Shown here piece by piece: positions 9,832 to 17,908 of a stretch of 64,000 nt of DNA; within the stretch, counting starts at the first letter, position 1; each line of letters opens with the position of its first letter. The position numbers and the translations under genes were made by a program. The notes under the pieces are model-generated. The model saw only the letters and a program-made list of their open reading frames with translations. It made no database searches and was not told the origin of the DNA. Source of the stretch: Candidatus Veblenbacteria bacterium (GTDB lineage: Bacteria > Patescibacteriota > Patescibacteriia > Veblenbacterales > UBA10138); contig JAUYKG010000016.1 of NCBI GenBank assembly GCA_030700105.1, forward strand, positions 2,863 through 66,862. The letters run 5' to 3'.

Positions 9832-10788
9832 ATGAATTCACCTTTTGCGCGGTTGACGGCGGTACGCGCTTCCGGCTTCTCTGTGGTAGGGGCCGCGGTT
9901 CTCCTGGGGCTTTTAGGCTCTGGGGCGCCGCGGTTTGTTTTTGCGCAAGCGGGTAGCGCCATTTCCTTGGCGCCGCTCACCTTCGAACTAACAGCCAATC
10001 CCGGGGAAACCGTGGAGAATGTGGTGCGCGTATACAACAATGGTGACCAGCCGGTGACCGTAGTGATGCAGGTGCAAGACTTTGCCGCGGCTGGTGAGCG
10101 CGGTGAAGTGGTATTGCAGGAAGCTGACAATCATACGTTCTCTCTGGCTAGTTGGGTGAGCGTGGAGCCCACCGATTTCGTGCTACCGGCTAAGGAATTC
10201 AAACCCGTAACCTTTAAAGTTGCCCTGCCGCCAAACGCCGAGCCGGGCGGACACTATGGTACTGTTCTGGCCTCCGTTACTGGCGTGGCTTCTGGCACGG
10301 GCGCGGCTTTGGCGCAAAAGATAGGCTCACTCATTCTACTGCAAGTGCCTGGTGTGATCAGTGAACAGCTCGCTTTGGCTTCTTTGGAAGCGCCCGGGTT
10401 TTCCGAATATGGCCCGGTGACCTTGACGGCGCGCTTTAAGAATGACGGCTCGGTGCACCTGAAGCCGAGAGGTTTTGTGTTGGTAAAGGGTATGACCGGA
10501 CGCGAGGTGGCACGCTTAGACATACCGCAGCAGAATGTATTGCCGACTTCGGTGCGTAGGATAGATGTTGATTTCCTCGGTAAGTGGCATTGGGGTCGCT
10601 ATACCGCCACCCTAACGGCTATCTATGGCTCGACCAATGAACCGCTGTCTGCTAGTGTGGCATTTTGGATATTTCCCTGGAAGGTGAGTTTGGCAGTACT
10701 CATAGCCGCCTTTATAGTACTGTATGCTCTTTACCGCGGCAGGCGCAGGTTGGCAGCGGCTGGGCGTGTACTGGTTAAGGGGAGCTAA
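9832..10788 (+). CDS. Exported protein with a signal peptide, a beta-sandwich ectodomain and a C-terminal TM anchor (DUF916/DUF3324, CscA-like). It is a paralog of the 7282..8460 product.
   Basis: Signal peptide '...SVVGAAVLLGLLGSGAPRFVFAQA'. It contains 'FELTANPGETVENVVRVYNNGDQPVTVVMQV'. The C-terminus is 'FWIFPWKVSLAVLIAAFIVLYALYRGRRR'. Confidence 0.6.
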   Translation: MNSPFARLTAVRASGFSVVGAAVLLGLLGSGAPRFVFAQAGSAISLAPLTFELTANPGETVENVVRVYNNGDQPVTVVMQVQDFAAAGERGEVVLQEADNHTFSLASWVSVEPTDFVLPAKEFKPVTFKVALPPNAEPGGHYGTVLASVTGVASGTGAALAQKIGSLILLQVPGVISEQLALASLEAPGFSEYGPVTLTARFKNDGSVHLKPRGFVLVKGMTGREVARLDIPQQNVLPTSVRRIDVDFLGKWHWGRYTATLTAIYGSTNEPLSASVAFWIFPWKVSLAVLIAAFIVLYALYRGRRRLAAAGRVLVKGS

Positions 10789-10794
10789 GGCCGA

Positions 10795-10875
10795 GTATGT
10801 AGGTATGTAGTATGTAAGTATGTAGGGGGTACGCTCTTTCCTTACATACCTATATACCTATTACCTATTACCTAT
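10795..10875 (+). repeat. Tandem GTATGTAG-type repeats forming a long imperfect palindrome upstream of the dockerin-protein gene.
   Basis: GTATGTAGGTATGTAGTATGTAAGTATGTAG ... CCTTACATACCTATATACCTATTACCTATTACCT, which is the reverse-complementary arm. Confidence 0.6.
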
Positions 10876-11848
10876 GCTTTGTTCCGCCGGAGAACATTTC
10901 GGTGTGAAGGCCCTCGGTACAGCCGCAGCGGTTATTTTATTGTTGGGGGCTGGTGAGCTCTGGGCGCAAACCTCTAACTGCACCCCCGCAACGTTGCCTT
11001 GTCCGTCCCTTGATAGTACGGTCAGCATTACTATCGGTGGTTCCCCCGGCGGCGGGGGTGGCAGTAGCGGCAACCTACCCCGTGAAGTGACCGATGGTGA
11101 TGTCGTCATCAAGGGCTACAGCGCGCCCGGCAGCATTGTTACCATTCTGCGGGACGGTACGGTGGCGGCCTCGTTTATCACACCGATCGAGGGCAGGTTT
11201 GAGCGTACGCTAACCATCATACCGGCCGGTATTCACACCTTCGCCCTGTTCGCCATTGATCAGGAGGCTCATGCTACGCCCACTGTGGCCCTGTCGGTTT
11301 CCGTGGCCGGCGGCACGGTGACGACCATAGCTGATCTGGTGATGCCGCCCACACTTTGGGCCAACCCAGCGGCCACGACGCAAGGCTCGCCCGTGGCCTT
11401 GAACGGTTTTGCCGCTCCGGGGGCTGAGGTATTTATTGCCCTGCCTTCGGGTTTGCCTGTGTTGAGGGCGACCGCCGCCGGCAGCGGCCGTTTTTCCGCC
11501 TCCTTTGACACATCTGTTTTGTCTCTTGGTGTATATGTGGTACGCGGGTATGCTCGTTTGAGCGGCGGGCTGTTGAGCGAGTTTAGTTCACCTGTGCGCG
11601 TAGTGGTCCTTCCTGCCGGGACACCGCCCGAGGTAATACCCACAGAACCTTCCCTACCGCCAGGCGAAGAAGAGGAGGTGCGTACCTGTGCGCGCGGCGA
11701 CCTTAGTAACGACAGTCACGTGAACCTCACCGATTTCAGTATTCTGATATACTGGTGGGGGAGCGTGAACCAGTGTGCCGACCAGAATGGCGACGGTAGC
11801 GTGAACTTAACCGACCTCTCCATACTCTTGTACTGGTGGACAGGGTAG
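10874..11848 (+). CDS. Secreted Ig-like protein ending in two dockerin-like Ca-binding repeats. The start may instead be the GTG at 10904.
   Basis: Signal peptide 'KALGTAAAVILLLGAGELWAQ' and a Gly-rich linker 'GGSPGGGGGSSGN'. The C-terminus has tandem ~24-aa repeats 'GDLSNDSHVNLTDFSILIYWW' and 'ADQNGDGSVNLTDLSILLYWW', matching the dockerin pattern D-x-N/D-x-D-G-x-VN-x-xD-x-x-x-L. Confidence 0.6.
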   Translation: MLCSAGEHFGVKALGTAAAVILLLGAGELWAQTSNCTPATLPCPSLDSTVSITIGGSPGGGGGSSGNLPREVTDGDVVIKGYSAPGSIVTILRDGTVAASFITPIEGRFERTLTIIPAGIHTFALFAIDQEAHATPTVALSVSVAGGTVTTIADLVMPPTLWANPAATTQGSPVALNGFAAPGAEVFIALPSGLPVLRATAAGSGRFSASFDTSVLSLGVYVVRGYARLSGGLLSEFSSPVRVVVLPAGTPPEVIPTEPSLPPGEEEEVRTCARGDLSNDSHVNLTDFSILIYWWGSVNQCADQNGDGSVNLTDLSILLYWWTG

Positions 11849-11854
11849 GGGAGT

Positions 11855-11889
11855 GAGTATTAAGAATTCAGTATACAGTATTCAGTATG
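11855..11889 (+). repeat. Tandem AGTAT repeats upstream of the first cohesin-like gene.
   Basis: gAGTATtaagaattcAGTATacAGTATtcAGTATg. Confidence 0.55.
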
Positions 11890-13125
11890 ATTAATGCCGT
11901 ACTAAAACATATTCAGAGCGCGTCGCAGCCTTCCGTAGCGGTAAAACATTTTGGCGTAGACGGTAAGGGTTTTCCGCTGTTGATCATACTATATACGTTA
12001 TACTGGATACTGAATACTCCAATTGCTTCTGCCGCCACCATTTCCGTTCTGCCCCAAGGGACCGAAGTAGGCGTGGGGCAGACTTCTCTAGTTGAATTAT
12101 GGCTTGATACTGAAGGGGAGACGGTGAACGCGCTCTCCTTTGTCCTTGCCTTTGATCCGCAGTTCGTGAGTGTGGAAAGTGTTTCCACTGGCGGCAGTGT
12201 CTTTAGCCTTTTCCCTGTACCACCCTTGGTCTTGAACGAGCGCGGTGTGGTGGAGCTGTCTGCCGGTGCGCCCGGCGGGTTCGCGGGACAAGGGCTAGTG
12301 GCCAACATTTTGCTGCGGGGTCTACGGGTTGGCACAGCCGCGCTCAGTATTACTTCCAGCCAGGCGCTTAAGCATAGTCCGACGGCAGAGCCCATCTCCC
12401 TGCGTGTTCTTGGCTCTAGCCTGCAGGTGGCTACGCCGGAGACAGGTGAAATCGTTATAACCTCTAAGGATCATGCCGAGGAAAGTGTGTGGTATAACGT
12501 ACCATTCATCCGTATGTCATGGCCAGTTCGTCCGGGGGCTTCGTATAGCTACGTGCTGTCCCGTTCGCCCAACGAAGAGCCTGATGAAGTACCAGATGAA
12601 CCAACGGGGGAGATTAAGCTGAGTATAAGTGAGGACGGCGTGTTCTACTTTCACCTGCGCGAGTGCCGTGCCGGCACGTGCGGACCCACCGTTACGCGGC
12701 GGGCTATGAAAGATACCACACCGCCCGAACGCCTGGAGCTCGCGGTTGGTGCAGCGTCAGGTGTATTGGAGGGTAAAGTGTTCTTGAGCTTTACCGCCAG
12801 CGACGCGACTTCAGGGGTAGCGCACTACGAAGTCTGGGAAGAGGCAGTAGGTGAAACTTGGGAGAGGGTTATGAGTCCTTACGTGCTACAAGACCAAGCG
12901 CACCAGGGGGTGGTGCGTGTGCGGGCTTATGATACAGCAGGGAACTATCGCGAGGAAATACTTTCTCCTTTGGCTCCAGAGCCTTGGTACAGGTCAGAGG
13001 TGGTGTTTTGGGGTATACTGGTAGTAGGTTTAGCTGCTCTGGGAGTAACAATTTTTGTTAAACGCCGTGGGCAAGCCGGTCCAGCGCCCCAGGCTAACCA
13101 GTCTTCCACGCCTCCTTTGCCATGA
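11887..13125 (+). CDS. Membrane-anchored protein with an N-terminal cohesin-like domain, an FN3/Ig-like domain and a C-terminal TM.
   Basis: N-terminal hydrophobic segment 'FPLLIILYTLYWILNTPIASA'. The cohesin-like region reads 'ISVLPQGTEVGVGQTSLVELWLDTEGETVNALSFVLAFDPQFVSVESVS...VVELSAGAPGGFAGQGLVANILLRGLRVGTAALSI'. C-terminal TM 'VVFWGILVVGLAALGVTIFV'. The region downstream of the cohesin-like block is homologous to the following gene. Confidence 0.55.
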   Translation: MINAVLKHIQSASQPSVAVKHFGVDGKGFPLLIILYTLYWILNTPIASAATISVLPQGTEVGVGQTSLVELWLDTEGETVNALSFVLAFDPQFVSVESVSTGGSVFSLFPVPPLVLNERGVVELSAGAPGGFAGQGLVANILLRGLRVGTAALSITSSQALKHSPTAEPISLRVLGSSLQVATPETGEIVITSKDHAEESVWYNVPFIRMSWPVRPGASYSYVLSRSPNEEPDEVPDEPTGEIKLSISEDGVFYFHLRECRAGTCGPTVTRRAMKDTTPPERLELAVGAASGVLEGKVFLSFTASDATSGVAHYEVWEEAVGETWERVMSPYVLQDQAHQGVVRVRAYDTAGNYREEILSPLAPEPWYRSEVVFWGILVVGLAALGVTIFVKRRGQAGPAPQANQSSTPPLP

Positions 13126-15218
13126 TATCGTTGTCGTCATTTTTTATATCGCCGCTACGTTCGGCTGGTATTACCCCTACCTTGAGGGTAGGGGTGTGCG
13201 TTATCACTTTACTGGCAGTGTGGTTGGGCTGGGTAAGGGGTGCTGAGGCTGCCAGCTTGCACCTCTCGCCGGTAACCGGCAGTTTTGAGGTGGATGCTAC
13301 GTTCGATGTCGGCGTGTATCTAGATACCGAGGGACAGGCGGTGAACGCCGTGGCTGTAAATCTGGCCTTCCCGCCCGATAAGTTACAGCTCGTTTCACCA
13401 GTGGTGGCTGGGCAATCGATTGTGGAGGTGTGGAGTGCTCAGCCGAGGTTTTCTAACCAGGATGGTTTGGTGGAATTGGCCGGTGGTATTCCTGGCGGTA
13501 TCACCACCAGTCGCGGCCTCATTACTACCTTGCATTTCCGGGTGCGCTCCGTGGGCACGGCCTTAGTGAGGTACCAGGATTCCTCGCAGGTGCTCTTACA
13601 TGACGGCAAGGGAACCAACGCGCTCTACGATACATCGAGCGGAATTTTTGAACTTACCTTGCCAGCACCGGCCGGTCCCGAGGTGGTATCTGTTACGCAT
13701 CCTGACCAAGCCAAATGGTACCCAAGCTCCAACGTGAGTTTGGGCTGGGAAGGGGAAGCTGAGGTAGAGGGGTATAGCTACCTGTTGTCTGATAAACCTA
13801 TTGACCTGGTGGACGACATAGCAGAGGGCAAGCAGGTGTCGGTGGTGTACGAGAACGTGGCCGATGGTGTGCACTATTTCCACATTAAGAGCCTGCGCAA
13901 AGGCAAGTGGGGCGGGGTTACCCACCGCGCTATTAAGGTAGACAGCACTCCGCCGGCTGATTTTCCCATAGACATCGTGCCGGCAGCGCGCACTATTAGG
14001 CGCCAGCCTATCATTCAGTTTAGTACCACGGATTCCGGTTCCGGCCTTTCTCACTACGAGGTGAAGCTCGTACTCTTGCACTCCAATGAGGCGCAAGCGG
14101 CCGAGAATAGCTCTTTTGAATCGATTTTCGTGGAAACGCAGAGCCCATACCTGCCGCCCGAACTTAAACTGGGGAAATACGACGTTATTATACGGGCTTA
14201 CGATCAGGCTGGCAGTTTTCGTGAGGTAACACAGCGTTTAAGCATCGTGAAGGCAATTTTTACCGTGGTGGGGGAGCGGGGGCTGGATGTGCGCAACGCT
14301 TTTGTTATCCCCTGGGTGTGGGTGTGGGTAATCGGTCTGGTTTTGGTGGCGGGGGTTGCTTACCTCGCTTGGTGGGTACGGCGTTGGCATTACCGCGTTG
14401 AACAGCGCAAGCTTCATGAGGAGCTGCCTAACACCTTGCAAACGCAACTACAAGAACTGCGTGAGTACCGCAAGAAGTATGGACGACTAGCAGGCCTGGT
14501 GTTGGCTCTGCTGGCGGTCTCTTGGTTGTGGTTGGGCGCTCTGCCGGTGCAAGCTCAGGAGACACCGTTAGCACCGCCCTACATTACTACTGTGTCGCGG
14601 GATATTTCCAACGAGGACATTTTTTACCTTGGTGGTCGGACTGAGTCTGTCAATACCGAGGTTGTTATCTACCTCCAGCACCCTGCTAGCGGGCGCACGG
14701 AAGGGTTCAGTGTTACTTCTGATAAGCGCGGCGAGTGGTTTTATCGGCACCACACTTTCCTACCCAGCGGTCGGTACGTACTGTGGTCGCAGGCTCGCGT
14801 AGGCGAGCAGCTTAGCCCGCCTGGGCCGCAGGTTGAGCTTATGGTGCACAATACGGCCGTACAGTTCGGTTCATCCCGTTTATCTTACGAGGTTATCTAC
14901 TTGGGCATTATTATCCTCTTGGCCGCTCTGTTCCTGGGCCTGGTGGCGTACACGGCTTTCCACTTCGTTCATGGCCGCCGTAAGCACGCAGCGCTCATAA
15001 AAGAGATACGCGAGGCCGAGGAATCGGTGCGTCGCGGTTTCGCTGTACTGAAGCGCGATATCCAGGCCGAGCTTAATGTGGTGAGGAAGGCGAAACTATC
15101 CAAACAACTTTCCGCCGAAGAGCACGCTCGTGAGGCCGAACTTATGAAAGATTTGGACTGGGTGGAAAAGTATATCGGCAAAGAGGTGTGGGATGTGGAG
15201 CAAGCGGAACAGTCATAA
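13122..15218 (+). CDS. Polytopic membrane protein (698 aa) with an N-terminal cohesin-like domain, FN3/Ig-like domains, three TM segments and a C-terminal charged coiled-coil tail.
   Basis: ATGA overlap with the upstream gene. Cohesin-like block 'LHLSPVTGSFEVDATFDVGVYLDTEGQAVNAVAVNLAFPPDKLQLVSPVVAGQSIVEVW...LVELAGGIPGGITTSRGLITTLHFRVRSVGTALV'. TM segments 'VIPWVWVWVIGLVLVAGVAYLAWWV', 'LAGLVLALLAVSWLWLGAL' and 'GIIILLAALFLGLVAYTAF'. A C-terminal 'EIREAEESVRR...' helix follows. Confidence 0.55.
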   Translation: MISLSSFFISPLRSAGITPTLRVGVCVITLLAVWLGWVRGAEAASLHLSPVTGSFEVDATFDVGVYLDTEGQAVNAVAVNLAFPPDKLQLVSPVVAGQSIVEVWSAQPRFSNQDGLVELAGGIPGGITTSRGLITTLHFRVRSVGTALVRYQDSSQVLLHDGKGTNALYDTSSGIFELTLPAPAGPEVVSVTHPDQAKWYPSSNVSLGWEGEAEVEGYSYLLSDKPIDLVDDIAEGKQVSVVYENVADGVHYFHIKSLRKGKWGGVTHRAIKVDSTPPADFPIDIVPAARTIRRQPIIQFSTTDSGSGLSHYEVKLVLLHSNEAQAAENSSFESIFVETQSPYLPPELKLGKYDVIIRAYDQAGSFREVTQRLSIVKAIFTVVGERGLDVRNAFVIPWVWVWVIGLVLVAGVAYLAWWVRRWHYRVEQRKLHEELPNTLQTQLQELREYRKKYGRLAGLVLALLAVSWLWLGALPVQAQETPLAPPYITTVSRDISNEDIFYLGGRTESVNTEVVIYLQHPASGRTEGFSVTSDKRGEWFYRHHTFLPSGRYVLWSQARVGEQLSPPGPQVELMVHNTAVQFGSSRLSYEVIYLGIIILLAALFLGLVAYTAFHFVHGRRKHAALIKEIREAEESVRRGFAVLKRDIQAELNVVRKAKLSKQLSAEEHAREAELMKDLDWVEKYIGKEVWDVEQAEQS

Positions 15219-15395
15219 GGTAGTTATCCGTGACAAGATGTATGATTGTGCGTAGATTGGTTAAGGGTGTAAACCGCGAGACCCCGCACCGTGCCTCGGC
15301 TCTGGTGCGTGGGTGGAGCAAGCCGAGAGGCAAACCGAGTAAGTGTCGAGTGCGGGTTATTTTTGGCTAAGGTAAAACAAATTTTTTTTAGGCCA

Positions 15396-15424
15396 TTGAC
15401 GCGTAATCATCTGCGGGGTATAAT
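15396..15424 (+). promoter_or_regulatory. Consensus sigma70-type promoter of the ATP synthase operon.
   Basis: -35 TTGACG at 15396..15401, an exact 17-nt spacer, and -10 TATAAT at 15419..15424. It lies ~20 nt upstream of the atpZ-like start. Confidence 0.6.
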
Positions 15425-15443
15425 TTTTACCCGAAGTTTTACT

Positions 15444-15737
15444 ATGTCCAACCCTGAACAATCTAACGAGGAACAAAACCAGAGCACCGTGTTCAAGGCT
15501 TTGGGGCTGGCTTGGGAGCTCGGCTACACCATCGCCGTACCGTTGGTAGTACTGGCGCTGGCTGGTCGTTTGGTTGATCGCTGGCTCGGTACTTCCCCTT
15601 GGTTTTTGTTGGTGGGTGTATTACTGTCGATCGTGATTTCCACCTGGACCGTTTATCGTAAGACCAAGCTTATTATATCTGCGCCTGCGGCAGGGTCTGG
15701 TGCGAATACGGCTGAGCAAAAGAAGACCGTCTTATGA
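15444..15737 (+). CDS. atpZ: AtpZ/AtpI-like small membrane protein preceding atpB.
   Basis: 98 aa counted from the internal ATG 'MSNPEQS'; the longer ORF start at 15291 would overlap the promoter. Two TM segments 'YTIAVPLVVLALAGRLV' and 'WFLLVGVLLSIVISTW'. It sits immediately upstream of atpB. Confidence 0.5.
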   Translation: MSNPEQSNEEQNQSTVFKALGLAWELGYTIAVPLVVLALAGRLVDRWLGTSPWFLLVGVLLSIVISTWTVYRKTKLIISAPAAGSGANTAEQKKTVL

Positions 15738-16507
15738 ACATCTCTCTCGCCGCCGAGCCCATCTTCTCTATTGGGGCATTCACGGTAACTAACTCACTCT
15801 TGGTGGGGGTTCTGGTTATGCTGTTGTTGGTGGTGGTCGCTCTGGCGACTGGGCTCAGGCGTTTGCGCGAAGTGCCGCAGGGCTTGCAGAACGTTACTGA
15901 GGCGTTGGTGGAGGGGGCCTTAACGTTCATAGAGAGCGTTACTGGGAACCGCGAACAGGCGAAGCGATTTTTGCCGCTCACAGCCACTATTTTCTTCTTT
16001 GTTCTAATATCCAATTGGATAGGATTACTGCCGGGTGTTGGCACCATCGGCCTTAACGAGGTGCACGAAGGGCGTGTGGTCTTGGTGCCGTTCTTACGTT
16101 CAGCCTCGGCCGACCTCAACACCACCCTGGCCATTGCGCTCATTTCGGTGCTGGGTACGCAGCTCTTTGGTATTGTGGCGCTAGGGTTTTTTAAGCACGC
16201 CGGTAAGTATCTGAATTTTGCCAGCCTGTTTAAACACTTTAATTTTCAGAGCGTCATCCTGTTCTTCGTGGGGTTGCTGGAGCTTGTCTCCGAGGTGGCC
16301 AAAGTGGTCTCGTTCTCCTTTCGTCTCTTTGGCAATGTGTTCGCCGGTGAGGTACTCTTAATCGTGATATCCTCACTGGTGCCCTACCTGGCCCCCTTGC
16401 CGTTCTTGTTCCTGGAGATCTTCGTGGGTCTGGTACAGGCGCTGGTGTTCTCGCTCCTTACTCTGGTGTTCCTTACTATTGCCACGGCCGAGCACGCCGA
16501 ACACTAG
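15734..16507 (+). CDS. atpB: F0F1 ATP synthase subunit a.
   Basis: 257-aa polytopic protein. The C-terminal part carries 'RLFGNVFAGEVLL' and 'LPFLFLEIFVGLVQALVFSLLTLVFL' (the a-subunit arginine region). Confidence 0.9.
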   Translation: MNISLAAEPIFSIGAFTVTNSLLVGVLVMLLLVVVALATGLRRLREVPQGLQNVTEALVEGALTFIESVTGNREQAKRFLPLTATIFFFVLISNWIGLLPGVGTIGLNEVHEGRVVLVPFLRSASADLNTTLAIALISVLGTQLFGIVALGFFKHAGKYLNFASLFKHFNFQSVILFFVGLLELVSEVAKVVSFSFRLFGNVFAGEVLLIVISSLVPYLAPLPFLFLEIFVGLVQALVFSLLTLVFLTIATAEHAEH

Positions 16508-16640
16508 TACTTAGTGCTCCTTGGTGAGGCCATGAGCCTCGCCCAGGGACCCTAATTACTAACGTACTTTTTGGACCGACGGTAAAAAAATAAGAAACCG
16601 TAGCGGATTTGGAAAGTACCAAGAAAGGTCGCACGAAATT

Positions 16641-16901
16641 ATGGAGAACGAACTCGTACAAGCGGTGAGTGGCATAAGCGCCGAAACCATAAAGAGCGTG
16701 GCCGCTGGCATTACCATCGCTATTGGTGGTATGTTCCCCGCTCTAGCTATTGGCCGCCTGGCTGCCAAGGCCATGGAATCCATCGGCCGCAACCCCGAGG
16801 CTTCGGCCAAGGTGCAAACAGCCATGATTCTGGCTATTGCCTTTTGTGAGGCCATCGCCATTTACGCGCTGGTTATGGCGCTCATCATCAAATTCGTCTA
16901 G
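16641..16901 (+). CDS. atpE: F0F1 ATP synthase subunit c.
   Basis: 86-aa hairpin proteolipid with '[11 protein letters not shown]' and '[20 protein letters not shown]' (conserved carboxylate E). Confidence 0.9.
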   Translation: MENELVQAVSGISAETIKSVAAGITIAIGGMFPALAIGRLAAKAMESIGRNPEASAKVQTAMILAIAFCEAIAIYALVMALIIKFV

Positions 16902-16963
16902 GGTTCTCAGTTCCCGGCTCCTCGCAAAGGGGCCGCACAGTGCGAATCCTTAATCCCTAACAC

Positions 16964-17476
16964 GTGGAATTACTAACAAAACTCGGCATTGATTGGAAAC
17001 TTCTCTTGGCACAGGCGGCGAACTTTTTGATCGTATTGGCCGTACTGTACCGTTTCCTGTACAAGCCGCTATTGAAATTTTTAGACGAGCGCAAGCGTCG
17101 TATAGAGTTGAGTCTTACTGAGGCCAAGCGTATTGAAACCGAGCTTAAACAGCTTGAGGTTAAACGCACTGAGTCAGAGCGCGACGCTAGGCGCCTGGCG
17201 CAGACAATCCTAGCCGAGGCGGAACGCGAGGCCGAGGTGCGGCGCCAGGAAGTGCTCGCCAAGGTGCGCGAGGAAGCGCAGCAGGCCGTGGCCGAAGTTA
17301 AGCAACGTTTTGAGACCGAGCGGGAGGAATCTATGCGTCAGCTTAGGCAGGAAGCCGCTCGTTTCCTCACCCAGGCGGTAAGCAAGATCGTCGGTAAGTT
17401 GCCCGCGGGCGAGGTGGATAAAAAGCTCATTAGTGAAGCGGTGGAAGAGTTGGGGCGCCGGAGGACACGACCATGA
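16964..17476 (+). CDS. atpF: F0F1 ATP synthase subunit b.
   Basis: GTG start, N-terminal TM 'LLLAQAANFLIVLAVLY', and a long charged helix 'ERKRRIELSLTEAKRIETELKQLE...'. Operon position fits. Confidence 0.8.
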   Translation: MELLTKLGIDWKLLLAQAANFLIVLAVLYRFLYKPLLKFLDERKRRIELSLTEAKRIETELKQLEVKRTESERDARRLAQTILAEAEREAEVRRQEVLAKVREEAQQAVAEVKQRFETEREESMRQLRQEAARFLTQAVSKIVGKLPAGEVDKKLISEAVEELGRRRTRP

Positions 17477-17883
17477 AGATTACACCAACTGATTACGCTC
17501 GTGCCTACCTAGCGGCTATTGCCCGCGCTGCGGCCGCGGAGCGGGTGCAGGTGACACGCAACCTGTGGCAGGCGGTGTGGCGCCGGGGGCACTTTACCTG
17601 GGCGAAGCGCATTGTGGAACAGGTGCACCAGCTCTTGCGTCAACAGGCCGGTACGGTAGTGGTTGAGGTCGTCACGTCACGAGCGCTCAGCGAAGCTCAG
17701 CAGGGCTCACTTAGGCGGGATTTGGCTCGGGCTGTGGGTAAGCCGGTAGAGCTCGCCTGCGCGGTGAAGCCACATCTCCTAGGGGGTGTGGTGGTAACTT
17801 GGGACGATCGGCGCTACGATGCTTCAGTGAAAGGCAGGCTGGAAGCGCTCTACCGCGCCCTGGCTGGTGAATCTTCGCATTAA
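17473..17883 (+). CDS. atpH: F0F1 ATP synthase subunit delta (short form).
   Basis: Position between atpF and atpA. C-terminal '[25 protein letters not shown]' is OSCP/delta-like. Confidence 0.7.
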   Translation: MKITPTDYARAYLAAIARAAAAERVQVTRNLWQAVWRRGHFTWAKRIVEQVHQLLRQQAGTVVVEVVTSRALSEAQQGSLRRDLARAVGKPVELACAVKPHLLGGVVVTWDDRRYDASVKGRLEALYRALAGESSH

Positions 17884-17908
17884 TACTTTTCATTCACGTA
17901 CATCCCGT

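Noticed and set aside
15291-15443. Longer N-terminal extension of the atpZ-like ORF (start at 15291).
   Set aside because: The extension would overlap the consensus promoter at 15396..15424. It encodes a non-membrane, low-complexity peptide. The internal ATG at 15444 gives the typical ~100-aa AtpZ.
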